The notes under the pieces: model-generated
Seen by the model: the letters and a program-made list of their open reading frames with translations, nothing else
Database searches by the model: none
What the model was told of the DNA's origin: nothing
Shown: positions 28,276 to 38,013 of the stretch, piece after piece
Position numbering within the stretch: position 1 is the stretch's first letter
Layout of the letters: every line of letters starts with the position of its first letter
From: Candidatus Actinomarina sp.
GTDB lineage: Bacteria; Actinomycetota; Acidimicrobiia; Actinomarinales; Actinomarinaceae
Length of the DNA: 54,948 bases
Assembly (NCBI GenBank): GCA_041234785.1
Contig: JBEROH010000002.1
Location: 1 to 54,948 of the forward strand
Direction: 5' to 3'
Made by a program: the position numbers and the translations under genes

Positions 28276-29535
28276 TTAGAATTGGTTATTTTCTGTAGAG
28301 TCTTTTGTGGAAAGAAGGTCAGAGTCTTCTCCAAGTAAAATTTCACCAATTTTTTCAAAATAATTAGCGCCAACTTCGGCTTGGTGTTTTAATCCACTGT
28401 AGCCACCCTCACTTAGTCGAGTTTCTAAATTTTGTAATTCGATTATTGAGCTCATATCACCACCTTTATATTTTTTTGCTAAATCATACATCGAGCTTGA
28501 CATCGAATGAAATCCAGCAAGTGAGACAAATTGAAGGTTATAACCATATTCAAAAAGACTTTTTTGAAAATTTGATATCTCTTCTTTGGAAAATTTATTA
28601 ACCCAATTAAACGATGGTGAACAGTTGTAAGCCAAAATTTTATTTGGGTATTTAGATTTAATTTCATTAGCAAATTCTTTTGCGAACCCAAGATCAGGCG
28701 AGTCAGTTTCACACCAAATCACATCAGCATACTCTGCATATAGTAAAGATTTTGTTATTGCTAGTTCTTGGTTATTTTTTATTTCAAAATAACCATCTGA
28801 AGTTCTTTTATTGTTTAAATATCCTTTTTCTCTTTCATCAAAATCTGAAGTTATTAACTTTGCCGTTAACGCATCTGTTCTTGCAATTATGACTATAGGG
28901 GAGCCGAGGACGTCAGAAGCAAGTCGAGCCGAGTTAAGTTTTTTTATATACTCATAAGAAGGAATTACTACTTTTCCACCCATATGTCCACATTTTTTTT
29001 CTGAAGCTAACTGATCCTCTAGGTGAATTCCAGAAATACCTGCAGAAATAAATTGGGATGTTAATTCATAAACACTATAAACACCTCCAAAGCCTGATTC
29101 AGCATCCGCAACAATAGGCGGAAACATTTTATTTTTTGATTCAGAACTTTTTCTTAGTAGAGTGTTATTTATTTTTCTCACAAAATCTGGAGTACTATTC
29201 GATGGATAAAGAGATAAATCCGGATAAGTACTGACACCATTGTTGCTCTCAGCAGCAACCTGCCAACCACTAACATAAATTACCTCATAATTTAAATTGT
29301 ACATTTGAACTGCTTGTTGCACGGTAGCTGCTCCAAGTGTTGATATCCATGTTTCATTTCTGTTTAGTAAGCTCCACAATGTTTTAGAGCCCATTTCAGA
29401 AATAGTGTTAACAATTTTGATTGAATTTCTTAATTCTTGTATCCCACTAGAACTGTAAGATCGATTTATACTGTTCCACCTATCTGAAGCTAAATACTGT
29501 GCAACAGTTTCAGGAGTATTAAAATTGTTTTCCAT
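28276..29535 (-). CDS. aceA: isocitrate lyase
   Basis: Contains the isocitrate lyase signature KKCGHMGGK. I prefer the start at 29535 (MENNF...), since the track start at 29568 would overlap the upstream gene by 29 nt. Confidence 0.9.
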   Translation of the reverse strand: MENNFNTPETVAQYLASDRWNSINRSYSSSGIQELRNSIKIVNTISEMGSKTLWSLLNRNETWISTLGAATVQQAVQMYNLNYEVIYVSGWQVAAESNNGVSTYPDLSLYPSNSTPDFVRKINNTLLRKSSESKNKMFPPIVADAESGFGGVYSVYELTSQFISAGISGIHLEDQLASEKKCGHMGGKVVIPSYEYIKKLNSARLASDVLGSPIVIIARTDALTAKLITSDFDEREKGYLNNKRTSDGYFEIKNNQELAITKSLLYAEYADVIWCETDSPDLGFAKEFANEIKSKYPNKILAYNCSPSFNWVNKFSKEEISNFQKSLFEYGYNLQFVSLAGFHSMSSSMYDLAKKYKGGDMSSIIELQNLETRLSEGGYSGLKHQAEVGANYFEKIGEILLGEDSDLLSTKDSTENNQF

Positions 29536-29539
29536 GGCT

Positions 29540-30655
29540 TTAATGCTGGCTGAGAGCGATGCTAGCAATAATTATAATTAGTGTAAGAATTCCAGCGGAA
29601 GCTATAAATACTTCTGCTTTAGTTATTTTAATTTTTGGAGCAGAGCTCATTACGCTTGCAAATAAAAGAATCGAAGCAGCTATGATAAGTGCAAATAGTG
29701 GAGCGTATTCATGAAAGTTCAAAAATATTTGAGCAATTAAAAATGCTATTGAGCCACCAAATAAGATTGATCCAAAAGGTACTAATAACGAACCAATTAT
29801 TCTTTTTCTTATTTTATCAGCTTCCAAATTTTCAATTATTTCAAGACCTTTTGGTACTCCTAGCAACATTGATAATGCTGATATTGCTGATTGAGAAATA
29901 ATAGACAACACAACAATTCTCCAAAATGCATTACCAACTGATATTAAAGTTACAACCGGATTATCAGGTAAATATCCTGCAATACTTTGACCCACACTAC
30001 CGACTATAAAGAATGCTGTTATTGATCCAAAAATTAACCCTAAACCACCGCCTGTTAAGACAGACTCCCTATCGGTTGTAAAAATTCCAAAGCCTAAGTA
30101 GTTAGAATCTAAATATTTCTTTGTATTTACTGCGTTAATTGATCCAAAAAAACTAGAAGTTAATGAAATTACCAATACAAAAGTTAATAAATTATATTCA
30201 GCAATTAAGTTTTGAGTTTCCGCTTCTAAAACTAGACCATCAAAAAGAAGTGAACTATTAATTAAGCCTTGAATTAAGCCAGCAACTAGACCAAATCCTA
30301 ATCCAAACTTTAATGATTTAGTTATTTTTTCATTTATTGAAACAGGAGGTTCAAAATTTTCTTCTATAGCTTTCACAGTCTGAGTTATTTTCGAACTTGG
30401 TTCAGCTTCTGTAATCAAATTACGTTCCTCAGTGATAATTATTGCAGGCTTCTCTTCTTTAATTTTTTGCACTGGCTCATTTTTAACAACAGAACTACTT
30501 GAAGGTTGGATAATAGTTTCTCCACCAGACCAACTTGATAATATTTCATCACTTGATTTTCCAGTTGCCTCAGCTCTTGCTTGCACTGACCTCCCAAGTA
30601 ACATTTTCGGAATTCCACTATTTTGACTTAGTTGTTCTAAAAGTTTTTCATCCAT
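29540..30655 (-). CDS. polytopic membrane protein of unknown function, downstream of ctaG
   Basis: Soluble N-terminal domain of about 110 aa followed by about 8 Gly-rich TM helices. It starts 18 nt after ctaG on the same strand. Confidence 0.4.
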   Translation of the reverse strand: MDEKLLEQLSQNSGIPKMLLGRSVQARAEATGKSSDEILSSWSGGETIIQPSSSSVVKNEPVQKIKEEKPAIIITEERNLITEAEPSSKITQTVKAIEENFEPPVSINEKITKSLKFGLGFGLVAGLIQGLINSSLLFDGLVLEAETQNLIAEYNLLTFVLVISLTSSFFGSINAVNTKKYLDSNYLGFGIFTTDRESVLTGGGLGLIFGSITAFFIVGSVGQSIAGYLPDNPVVTLISVGNAFWRIVVLSIISQSAISALSMLLGVPKGLEIIENLEADKIRKRIIGSLLVPFGSILFGGSIAFLIAQIFLNFHEYAPLFALIIAASILLFASVMSSAPKIKITKAEVFIASAGILTLIIIIASIALSQH

Positions 30656-30673
30656 AATAAAATCTATATAATT

Positions 30674-31453
30674 CTAGTCAATTGAGTTAGTTCTCACTAC
30701 ATCATCAAATGTTTTTTCATCTTGATACCATCTCATCCAAATAATTAAAATTGAAATCCATAAGATTATGCCTCCACCCAATTTAAGAATTAATCCTGCT
30801 AGATTTTGATCATTTATTACAGAAATATTAAATATGTTATCTACATTCACATATGATGAATATAGTGGTTCAGTTCCAAGAGCTAAGAAACTCGCTGGTA
30901 TAGTTGGTAACAATGATTGAAGAAATAAGTATCCAATTTTTGCAGCTGATCCTAGAGGTTTTATTTCATCGTTAAAACCTATAACAGGTATCCACATGTT
31001 TAAAGATACTAAAATCATTACCGCATGAATGAGAAAGTGGGCGAACGTATTTGTTACCATTAAATTAACCACAGTAGACCAGTGCATTCCGACTAGTACT
31101 AAATTAAAAATTAAGAATGCAATTAAAGGTTTTGAAGTTAATTTTAAGACAGCAATGAAAGGCTTAACAGAAATAAGTTTTTTCATATCTTCATGTAAGC
31201 CTAAGAGTAATAAAGGAGGGCTGACTAATGCCAGAACAAGATGCTCAATTGAATGAATTGAAAATAAGAAATTTTCTCCAATATCATGAATAGGATAGTC
31301 AGTAAAAATCCAGAGTGTTACAACACCTGAATACCATATTTTTCTTTTCTTTTGTTTAGTAGTTTTATTTTTAGAGGAAAATTCAAAGAAAAAAATCAAA
31401 GTAATTATTAGAGCCCATACGTCATAATGTGGGTGGAATGGTAAATTTTGCAT
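30674..31453 (-). CDS. ctaG: cytochrome c oxidase assembly factor CtaG (caa3_CtaG family)
   Basis: 259-aa, 7-TM protein with His-rich helices, immediately downstream of the ctaC-D-E-F genes as in Bacillus-type operons. Confidence 0.7.
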   Translation of the reverse strand: MQNLPFHPHYDVWALIITLIFFFEFSSKNKTTKQKKRKIWYSGVVTLWIFTDYPIHDIGENFLFSIHSIEHLVLALVSPPLLLLGLHEDMKKLISVKPFIAVLKLTSKPLIAFLIFNLVLVGMHWSTVVNLMVTNTFAHFLIHAVMILVSLNMWIPVIGFNDEIKPLGSAAKIGYLFLQSLLPTIPASFLALGTEPLYSSYVNVDNIFNISVINDQNLAGLILKLGGGIILWISILIIWMRWYQDEKTFDDVVRTNSID

Positions 31454-31459
31454 TGAAGA

Positions 31460-31759
31460 TTAAATGTAGTTTGCAGATGCTCTTTCGAACATCACAATAG
31501 CAAAAAGAATCAATGCTAAAATCATTCCACCTATAAAAAATCTGTTTACTGTTTTGTTCTCAAACTTTAAGTGCATAAACCATCCAACAACAATTACAAA
31601 CTTTCCAACAGCTAATATAACTAAAAGTGGATCTGTAAATACTCCTACAATTTCTTCTGTATAATAAAGAGCTACCTCAATTGCAGTAAGGATTCCAAGT
31701 AGAATTGCTATTTGTACATACATCTTTGGAGTCGGGTGTTCTAAATGTGCTTCACTCAT
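31460..31759 (-). CDS. ctaF: cytochrome c oxidase subunit IV (prokaryotic COX4 family)
   Basis: 99 aa with 3 TM helices. The N-terminal HPTPKMYVQIAILLGILTAIEV block is typical of the family, and it follows subunit III. Confidence 0.7.
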   Translation of the reverse strand: MSEAHLEHPTPKMYVQIAILLGILTAIEVALYYTEEIVGVFTDPLLVILAVGKFVIVVGWFMHLKFENKTVNRFFIGGMILALILFAIVMFERASANYI

Positions 31760-31760
31760 T

Positions 31761-32345
31761 TTAAATCAAATATACAACTGTAAACAAAACAATCCAAACA
31801 ATATCAACAAAGTGCCAGTAAAGAGCAATAAACTCTAAATTCATGCCTTGATTTAAGGATAAACCGTTTTGCCTTTGTCCAATAGCCCATAGGCCAAGTA
31901 AAAGCACAACTCCAATAAACACATGTAAACCGTGAAAACCGGTAAGTACATAGAAAGACGAACTAAATATATTTGTGTCTAGCTCAAATCCTTTATGATA
32001 AAATTCTGTGAATTCATAAATTTGACCAGCTAAAAAAACTGCTCCTAACATTGCAGTTGCAAGCAACCAGACTCTCGTTTTTTCCTGATCAGAATTTTCC
32101 AAAGCGTTATGAGCTAAAACCATTGTCAAAGAGCTCATAAGCAATATAAATGAACTAATTGAAGTAAATGGAATATCGTATACATCAGTTAATTTGATTC
32201 CAGGAAAATTTTTACCTTTAAAAATCATAAAAGTAGTTATAAGTGTTCCAAAAAATAGAATTTCAGTGGACAAGAAAACCCACATCCCTAATTTTCTAGT
32301 TTCTACTCCAGTTTCTTCGTGAGGGTAAGCGTGTGAGTTACTCAT
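31761..32345 (-). CDS. ctaE: cytochrome c oxidase subunit III (short form)
   Basis: 5-TM protein with FYVLTGFHGLHVFIGV and YWHFVDIVW motifs. Confidence 0.9.
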   Translation of the reverse strand: MSNSHAYPHEETGVETRKLGMWVFLSTEILFFGTLITTFMIFKGKNFPGIKLTDVYDIPFTSISSFILLMSSLTMVLAHNALENSDQEKTRVWLLATAMLGAVFLAGQIYEFTEFYHKGFELDTNIFSSSFYVLTGFHGLHVFIGVVLLLGLWAIGQRQNGLSLNQGMNLEFIALYWHFVDIVWIVLFTVVYLI

Positions 32346-34293
32346 GAAGTTCTTCTAATTTTTCTTCTAACGGTTCAGTAGCCCACCCAAAAGCACCAAC
32401 CAGTATTAAAACAACTCCTAGTAGTGCAAGTGGGATTGATTTATAAATTACTGCATAACCTAAAAATGGTAATCCAGATGCAAGAACAATTGGAAAGTAA
32501 GAAGGATTTGGAAGTTCAATATGTTCACTTGGATTTAAACCTTCTTCCTCTAAATTTTGAAGAAGTTCATCAGTATCTTTTTTTCTTACTGGTCTCCCTT
32601 CTTCATCCTCGTCATATTTTGTATGCCAAAAATCATCAAGAGACTTTACTTCAGGTGCTTTTCCAAAGTTCCAAACTGGGGTTGGAGAAGGTACCGACCA
32701 CTCTATAGTTCTAGCGTCCCAAGGATCAAATGGGGCGACATCTCCATTTCGCTTAGAAAATATCCAATTAATCATAAATACGATAATTGAAAGCGCAATT
32801 ATAAAAGCTCCAATTGTAACTATTACATTCCAGAATTGAAGATTTGTTTCTTCAGCATAGACCCAAGTTCTTCGAACTTGTCCTTGTAAACCAAGCCAAT
32901 GCATGGGACCAAATGTTAGATTAAAACCTATAAGCATCAACCAAAAATGGATTTTTCCTAGAGTTTCATTGTACATTTTGCCCCAAACCTTTGGAAACCA
33001 GTAATACAATCCTGAAAATATTCCAAAAAGAGCTCCACCAAAAAGAACATAGTGAAAGTGAGCTACTACATAGTAGGTGTCAGTCTGTTGGGTATCTGCA
33101 GGCACAATTGAGTGAGTAACTCCACTTAATCCTCCAATAACAAACATTGCAATAAAACCTAGTGAAAATAACATTGGAGTATTAAGTTTCAATTTTCCAC
33201 CCCAGATTGTACCAAGCCAATTAAATATTTTAACACCCGTTGGAACAGCTATAACCATTGTAGATAAACCAAATCCAGCTTGAGCCACAGGACTAATTGA
33301 TGAAGCAAACATATGATGAGCCCAGACTCCAAAGCCTATAAATGCAATTCCAAAACCTGCAAATACAATTGCCGCATATCCAAAAAGAGGTTTTCTTGAA
33401 AAGGTTGGAAGCACTTCTGATACAATTCCAAATGCTGGAAGTATTAGGATATATACTTCTGGATGACCAAATAACCAAAAAAGATGTTGCCAGAGTACTG
33501 GGTCTCCTCCACCTTCCACAAGAAAGAATGATGTTCCAAATTGTCTGTCAAAAGTTACATAAAACAATGCTATTGCAATTATTGGAAGTGAAAAAGCTAA
33601 CAGGAAAGAAACTGCAAAAGTCAGCCAAGTAAATACAGGCATCCTCATAAATCTCATTCCTTTAGTTCTCATATTGATAATTGTCGTAATGAAATTAAAA
33701 GCAGAAACTAAAGAAGCTATACCTAATATTTGTAAACCTAAAGCCCAGAAATCCATCGCAGTTCCAGGAGAATATTTTATTCCAGCATTTGGTTGATAGC
33801 CAAACCAACCACCATTTGGAGCAGAACCTAACCAACCGACTTCTTCTGCTAAGTAACCACCTTCAGGAGCTCCAGCGGTCCCAAAAATAAAGGTTGAATA
33901 AAGAAATACTCCACCAAAAATAAAAATCCAAAATGAGAGTGCATTCAATCTTGGAAATGCGACGTCTCTTGCACCAATTTGAAGAGGAAGAAGGTAATTA
34001 AAAAAAGCTGCACTAATTGGCATGATAGCAAGGAAAATCATAGTAGTACCATGCATCGTAAACATGGCATTGTATTCTGCAGCAGATAAGAAATTATTGT
34101 CTGGTTGAGAAAGCTGGATTCGAAGCACCAATGCTTCAAGACCGCCAACCAACAAGAAAAAGAATGCAGCATAACCATACATTATGCCAATTCGTTTGTG
34201 GTCTACAGTAGTGATCCAACTCCAAATACCTGTTTCTGAGGAAGGCCTTTTGAAAATATTTTTTTGTTTTGATGGCTCAATAATTTTTGTCAT
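32338..34293 (-). CDS. ctaD: cytochrome c oxidase subunit I
   Basis: Heme-copper oxidase signature (LFWLFGHPEVYILILP, VAHFHYV). The 2-TM C-terminal extension is as in Bacillus-type CtaD. Confidence 0.97.
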   Translation of the reverse strand: MTKIIEPSKQKNIFKRPSSETGIWSWITTVDHKRIGIMYGYAAFFFLLVGGLEALVLRIQLSQPDNNFLSAAEYNAMFTMHGTTMIFLAIMPISAAFFNYLLPLQIGARDVAFPRLNALSFWIFIFGGVFLYSTFIFGTAGAPEGGYLAEEVGWLGSAPNGGWFGYQPNAGIKYSPGTAMDFWALGLQILGIASLVSAFNFITTIINMRTKGMRFMRMPVFTWLTFAVSFLLAFSLPIIAIALFYVTFDRQFGTSFFLVEGGGDPVLWQHLFWLFGHPEVYILILPAFGIVSEVLPTFSRKPLFGYAAIVFAGFGIAFIGFGVWAHHMFASSISPVAQAGFGLSTMVIAVPTGVKIFNWLGTIWGGKLKLNTPMLFSLGFIAMFVIGGLSGVTHSIVPADTQQTDTYYVVAHFHYVLFGGALFGIFSGLYYWFPKVWGKMYNETLGKIHFWLMLIGFNLTFGPMHWLGLQGQVRRTWVYAEETNLQFWNVIVTIGAFIIALSIIVFMINWIFSKRNGDVAPFDPWDARTIEWSVPSPTPVWNFGKAPEVKSLDDFWHTKYDEDEEGRPVRKKDTDELLQNLEEEGLNPSEHIELPNPSYFPIVLASGLPFLGYAVIYKSIPLALLGVVLILVGAFGWATEPLEEKLEELHE

Positions 34294-35303
34294 TTTAGTG
34301 TCTCCAGATAGGCAATTAAAGCATTAATTTCATCTTCAGTCAATTCTAGGTTAGGCATAAATGTACCAGGTTTTATTTCTGGGGGGTTTGCCAGCCATTT
34401 TTTTAAATTTTCTTCATTATTAGTTAAAGCTGCTCCGGCAAAGACATTTCTACTCGCAAAATGTGTTAAGTTTGGAGCGATGCGATCGCCTTGGATGTCC
34501 CATACCCCATCTATAACATGACATTGGGTGCATCCAGCATTTAAATAAACTTGTTGCCCTTCAGCTGCTAAAGAACCTTCTGTAAGTTTTACTGCATTTT
34601 TTTGCTGTTGAAGAATCCAGTTTTCAAAATCATTTTGAGATAAAGATAGCACTCTACCTCTCATTTTTGAATGACTTAATCCACAGTATTCACCGCATTG
34701 AGCCCAAAATTCATTTGGCAAATCAGCATAAAGATTCAAATATGTTTTTTGTCCAGGAACTAGATATCTTTTTCCATTTAATTTAGGTACCCAATAGTTG
34801 TGCAGTACATCATTTGACCACATCTCTAGTCGAATAGGTCTGTCAGCAGGTATTACTAATACATTTGCAGTAGTAATTCCATATTCTGGATATTTATACT
34901 CAAACCACCATTGGTGACCTATTACTTCAACTTTTAATGCATTTTCTGGTTCACGAGCAAGGTCAAAAATTGTCTTGACAGTTGGTACTGCTATCGCAGC
35001 TAATATTAGTACGGGAATAACTGTCCATAATATTTCAAGCTTAGTATTTCCGTGAATTTGTTTAGGGTCTGGTGAATCAGGCTTTTCTTTAAAAACAAAT
35101 ATAGAAATTAATAATGCTCCTTGAACAATTGCAAAAATTACAACTGCAATCCAAAAAGTTAACCAAAAAAGCTCATCTATAGATCTTGCATAGGGCCCTT
35201 CAGGGCTTAATGAATCAAGTGGAGCATTTTCAATACACGCGGTAAAAATTAACAGCAAGCTGTACTTTAAATATTTAAAACTAAAAATTCTATTCACAAG
35301 CAT
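34290..35303 (-). CDS. ctaC: cytochrome c oxidase subunit II with fused C-terminal cytochrome c domain (caa3 type)
   Basis: CuA motif H...CGEYCGLSHSKM. C-terminal heme-c motif CTQCH with distal FMPN. N-terminal lipobox-like FTAC. Confidence 0.92.
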   Translation of the reverse strand: MLVNRIFSFKYLKYSLLLIFTACIENAPLDSLSPEGPYARSIDELFWLTFWIAVVIFAIVQGALLISIFVFKEKPDSPDPKQIHGNTKLEILWTVIPVLILAAIAVPTVKTIFDLAREPENALKVEVIGHQWWFEYKYPEYGITTANVLVIPADRPIRLEMWSNDVLHNYWVPKLNGKRYLVPGQKTYLNLYADLPNEFWAQCGEYCGLSHSKMRGRVLSLSQNDFENWILQQQKNAVKLTEGSLAAEGQQVYLNAGCTQCHVIDGVWDIQGDRIAPNLTHFASRNVFAGAALTNNEENLKKWLANPPEIKPGTFMPNLELTEDEINALIAYLETLK

Positions 35304-35375
35304 ATTAATATTATCAACAATATTTTAGAATAGCGTTCAATCAATATATAGTGTAATCATAAGTACTATGTCTCT

Positions 35376-36257
35376 ATGAAAGTTAAATCAAAAAAATTAT
35401 TAGATAAATATTTAAGACTTTCTAAATTGAGAATTGTTGAACTCCTTTTAATAACAACAGTTCCCTCAATGGTTGTGGCGGTATATGGTTTTCCCCCAAT
35501 TGAATTAATTCTGTACACATTGTTGGGAGGCACTTTCTTAGCTGTGAGCGCAAATGTATTAAACCAAATTTTTGAAATTGAGACTGATAGATTAATGAAA
35601 AGAACTTCTAACAGGCCTTTGGTAACTGGTGAAATATCAAAAATTAATGGTTATATGTACTCAATAATCTTAGGAATACTCGGATTTATTATTCTTTATT
35701 TAAAAACCACCCCAACTGCAGCAATAATTGCCCTTTTTGCCAATATTTTTTATTCATTTATTTACACTCTAATTCTTAAACCAAAAACTCCTCAAAACAT
35801 TGTTATAGGAGGAGCAGCAGGGGCTGCCCCAGTTTTGATTGGTTGGTCTGCAACAAATACGACATTAGATATTGGGGCATGGTTATTATTTTTATTAGTA
35901 TTTTTGTGGACCCCTGCACATTTCTGGGCTCTATCAATTGACAAGCTTGAAGATTATAAAGATGCTCAGTTTCCAATGCTACCTACTATAGAATCTTTTC
36001 AGAGAACAGCAGTTTATATTGGTCTCTACTCATGTGCAACAGTCTTAACTTCGATTTTATTAGCTCCAATTTTGCAACTCGGAATCATCTATTTAATTTT
36101 TTCAATTTTTTTTGGTGTAATATTAATGTTTAAATCTTTTCAGCTCTACATGAAGAAAATTAAACCAATTCAATATTTCGCATTTTCCAATATATATTTA
36201 GCTGCATTATTCTTATCTATGGTGATTGATATTTTATTTACATTAAGGCGTGTATAG
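35376..36257 (+). CDS. ctaB: protoheme IX farnesyltransferase (heme O synthase)
   Basis: UbiA-family motif NQIFEIETDRLMKRTSNRPL in a 9-TM layout, divergent from the cta operon. Confidence 0.9.
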   Translation: MKVKSKKLLDKYLRLSKLRIVELLLITTVPSMVVAVYGFPPIELILYTLLGGTFLAVSANVLNQIFEIETDRLMKRTSNRPLVTGEISKINGYMYSIILGILGFIILYLKTTPTAAIIALFANIFYSFIYTLILKPKTPQNIVIGGAAGAAPVLIGWSATNTTLDIGAWLLFLLVFLWTPAHFWALSIDKLEDYKDAQFPMLPTIESFQRTAVYIGLYSCATVLTSILLAPILQLGIIYLIFSIFFGVILMFKSFQLYMKKIKPIQYFAFSNIYLAALFLSMVIDILFTLRRV

Positions 36258-37093
36258 TGATTCAAGAAGTTTTTCTCTCTATAACTTATCCACCTATTCC
36301 AATTACCCAAATTGGTCCACTATCATTTTCCTTGCACGGAGTGTTTGCAGCTATAGGTTTCTATATTGGAGCTAGTCATGCGCTTAAATTGTGTGAAAAA
36401 GATAAAGGTAACTCAGTACTATTTTCAGATGCACTGACATGGGCTATTTTTGGGGCAATACTTGGAGCAAGATTTTTTACTATTCCAGCCCATATTGGTG
36501 AGCCAGGATATGGAATAGATGATGTATTTTCACTAGCTGGAAGTTTTTCAATTATGGGTGGTATGGCTGGAGGAATAATTGCTGCATATTTAAAGATAAG
36601 TGTGCTTAACAAGGAAGATTTTAAACAGTACGGTGATTATGCTGCAACCGGGTTAATTCTTGGAACAGTAATTGGAAGAATTGGCGATTTAGCAATAGTT
36701 GAGCATTTAGGTAGAAAAACAAATTTTTTACTTGGGTATGAAGTTTTACCTGGATACGATTTAGCTCCACAACATAATCGAATTGAGTGTTTTGAGCCTC
36801 TTCAGACATGTGGAATTTATCATCACGTTGCAATGTACGATTTGTTTTTTGCGTTAATTATTTTTTTTGTTTTTAGAAGTTTACAGAAAAAATTTATATT
36901 TGGTAAAGGGTCATGGATGGGCTTATGGGCCTTATGGTATGGAGTTCAAAGGTTTATTCTAGATTTTTTACGTTTTGGTATGGGTGATTCTACAATTGGA
37001 AATTTTACTTGGAATCAAGTTGGTGGAATCTTACTAGCGCTAATTGGATTGTTGTTTTTCTTAAAAAATAAAAAACTAAAACAAGCTAACTAA
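36257..37093 (+). CDS. lgt: prolipoprotein diacylglyceryl transferase
   Basis: Lgt-like layout: an N-terminal segment with HGVFAAIGF, a central GRIGD motif, and a C-terminal WNQ...G block. GTG start overlapping the ctaB stop by 1 nt. Confidence 0.8.
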   Translation: MIQEVFLSITYPPIPITQIGPLSFSLHGVFAAIGFYIGASHALKLCEKDKGNSVLFSDALTWAIFGAILGARFFTIPAHIGEPGYGIDDVFSLAGSFSIMGGMAGGIIAAYLKISVLNKEDFKQYGDYAATGLILGTVIGRIGDLAIVEHLGRKTNFLLGYEVLPGYDLAPQHNRIECFEPLQTCGIYHHVAMYDLFFALIIFFVFRSLQKKFIFGKGSWMGLWALWYGVQRFILDFLRFGMGDSTIGNFTWNQVGGILLALIGLLFFLKNKKLKQAN

Positions 37094-37999
37094 AAAAATT
37101 ATATAAAACATTAATAGCAAAAAGCCTATCCAATAAGTTTTTTTTATATTTGTTTTAGATAAGAAAATTACTAAAAATGAAACTACGTACATTAACAAAA
37201 GTTGATACCCTATATCATATTTTAAATTACCAGGGCTTGCCACAATTGAAGCTCCTCCAACTAAACCTATATTAAATAAATTAGATCCAAAAATATTTCC
37301 AAAAACTAAATCAATTTTTTCTCTTTTGGAAGCTGAAATACTACTAGCAACTTCAGGCAAGCTTGTACCCACAGCAACGATTGTTGAACCAACTATGAGT
37401 GATGAAACACCAAATGTTGTAGCAATTTCCACAGCATTGTTTACTACGAGTTGACTTCCCAGAATTGTTCCCATTAGAGAAAAACTGCTTCTGAAAAATA
37501 AATACTTTTTGTTTTCTTCAACAAACTCTTCTTCGTCAACACTATCTAATCCAACCATTTTGTAAATGACAAATAATATTAGAAATATTAAAGTTAGGCC
37601 TAATAAAAAGGGAAAGCTTTCATTCAAGTAATATGTAGAAACAAATATTGTAGTTAATATAGCCATCCAAATAGGGCTTACTTGGTTTAACTTTATTTTT
37701 TTTGAGAAACTTTTTGGTAGAAAAAAATAGATTGTTGATACTACAAGTAATGAATTAGCAATATTTGATCCTACAATATTTCCAATTGCTAAATCTAAAT
37801 CTCCTTTAATAGATGCTCCAACACTGGCAAAAAGTTCTGGAGCGGATGTGCCGAATCCAATAAATACGGCACCAATAACTGAATTTGGTAGTTTAAATTT
37901 TAGAGCAATTTGAATAGCTGATTTAACCATTTCGTCAGCACCTTTAATTAAAAGAACTAGACCAACCAAAAGTCCAAAAATTGATAAAAATATTTCCAT
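37076..37999 (-). CDS. Ca2+/Na+ antiporter (CaCA/YrbG family)
   Basis: Two alpha-repeat motifs (GFGTSAPELF and AVGTSLPEV) in a 10-TM protein. Confidence 0.85.
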   Translation of the reverse strand: MEIFLSIFGLLVGLVLLIKGADEMVKSAIQIALKFKLPNSVIGAVFIGFGTSAPELFASVGASIKGDLDLAIGNIVGSNIANSLLVVSTIYFFLPKSFSKKIKLNQVSPIWMAILTTIFVSTYYLNESFPFLLGLTLIFLILFVIYKMVGLDSVDEEEFVEENKKYLFFRSSFSLMGTILGSQLVVNNAVEIATTFGVSSLIVGSTIVAVGTSLPEVASSISASKREKIDLVFGNIFGSNLFNIGLVGGASIVASPGNLKYDIGYQLLLMYVVSFLVIFLSKTNIKKTYWIGFLLLMFYIIFLVSLF

Positions 38000-38013
38000 T
38001 TAATTACAATTTG

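Noticed and set aside
32338-32600. C-terminal extension of about 80 aa with 2 TM helices on cytochrome oxidase subunit I. I considered a novel fusion with a subunit-IV-like module.
   Set aside because: The same extension (H-x-x-[LM]-P...P followed by two TM helices) exists in Bacillus-type caa3 CtaD, so it is a family feature rather than a novelty.
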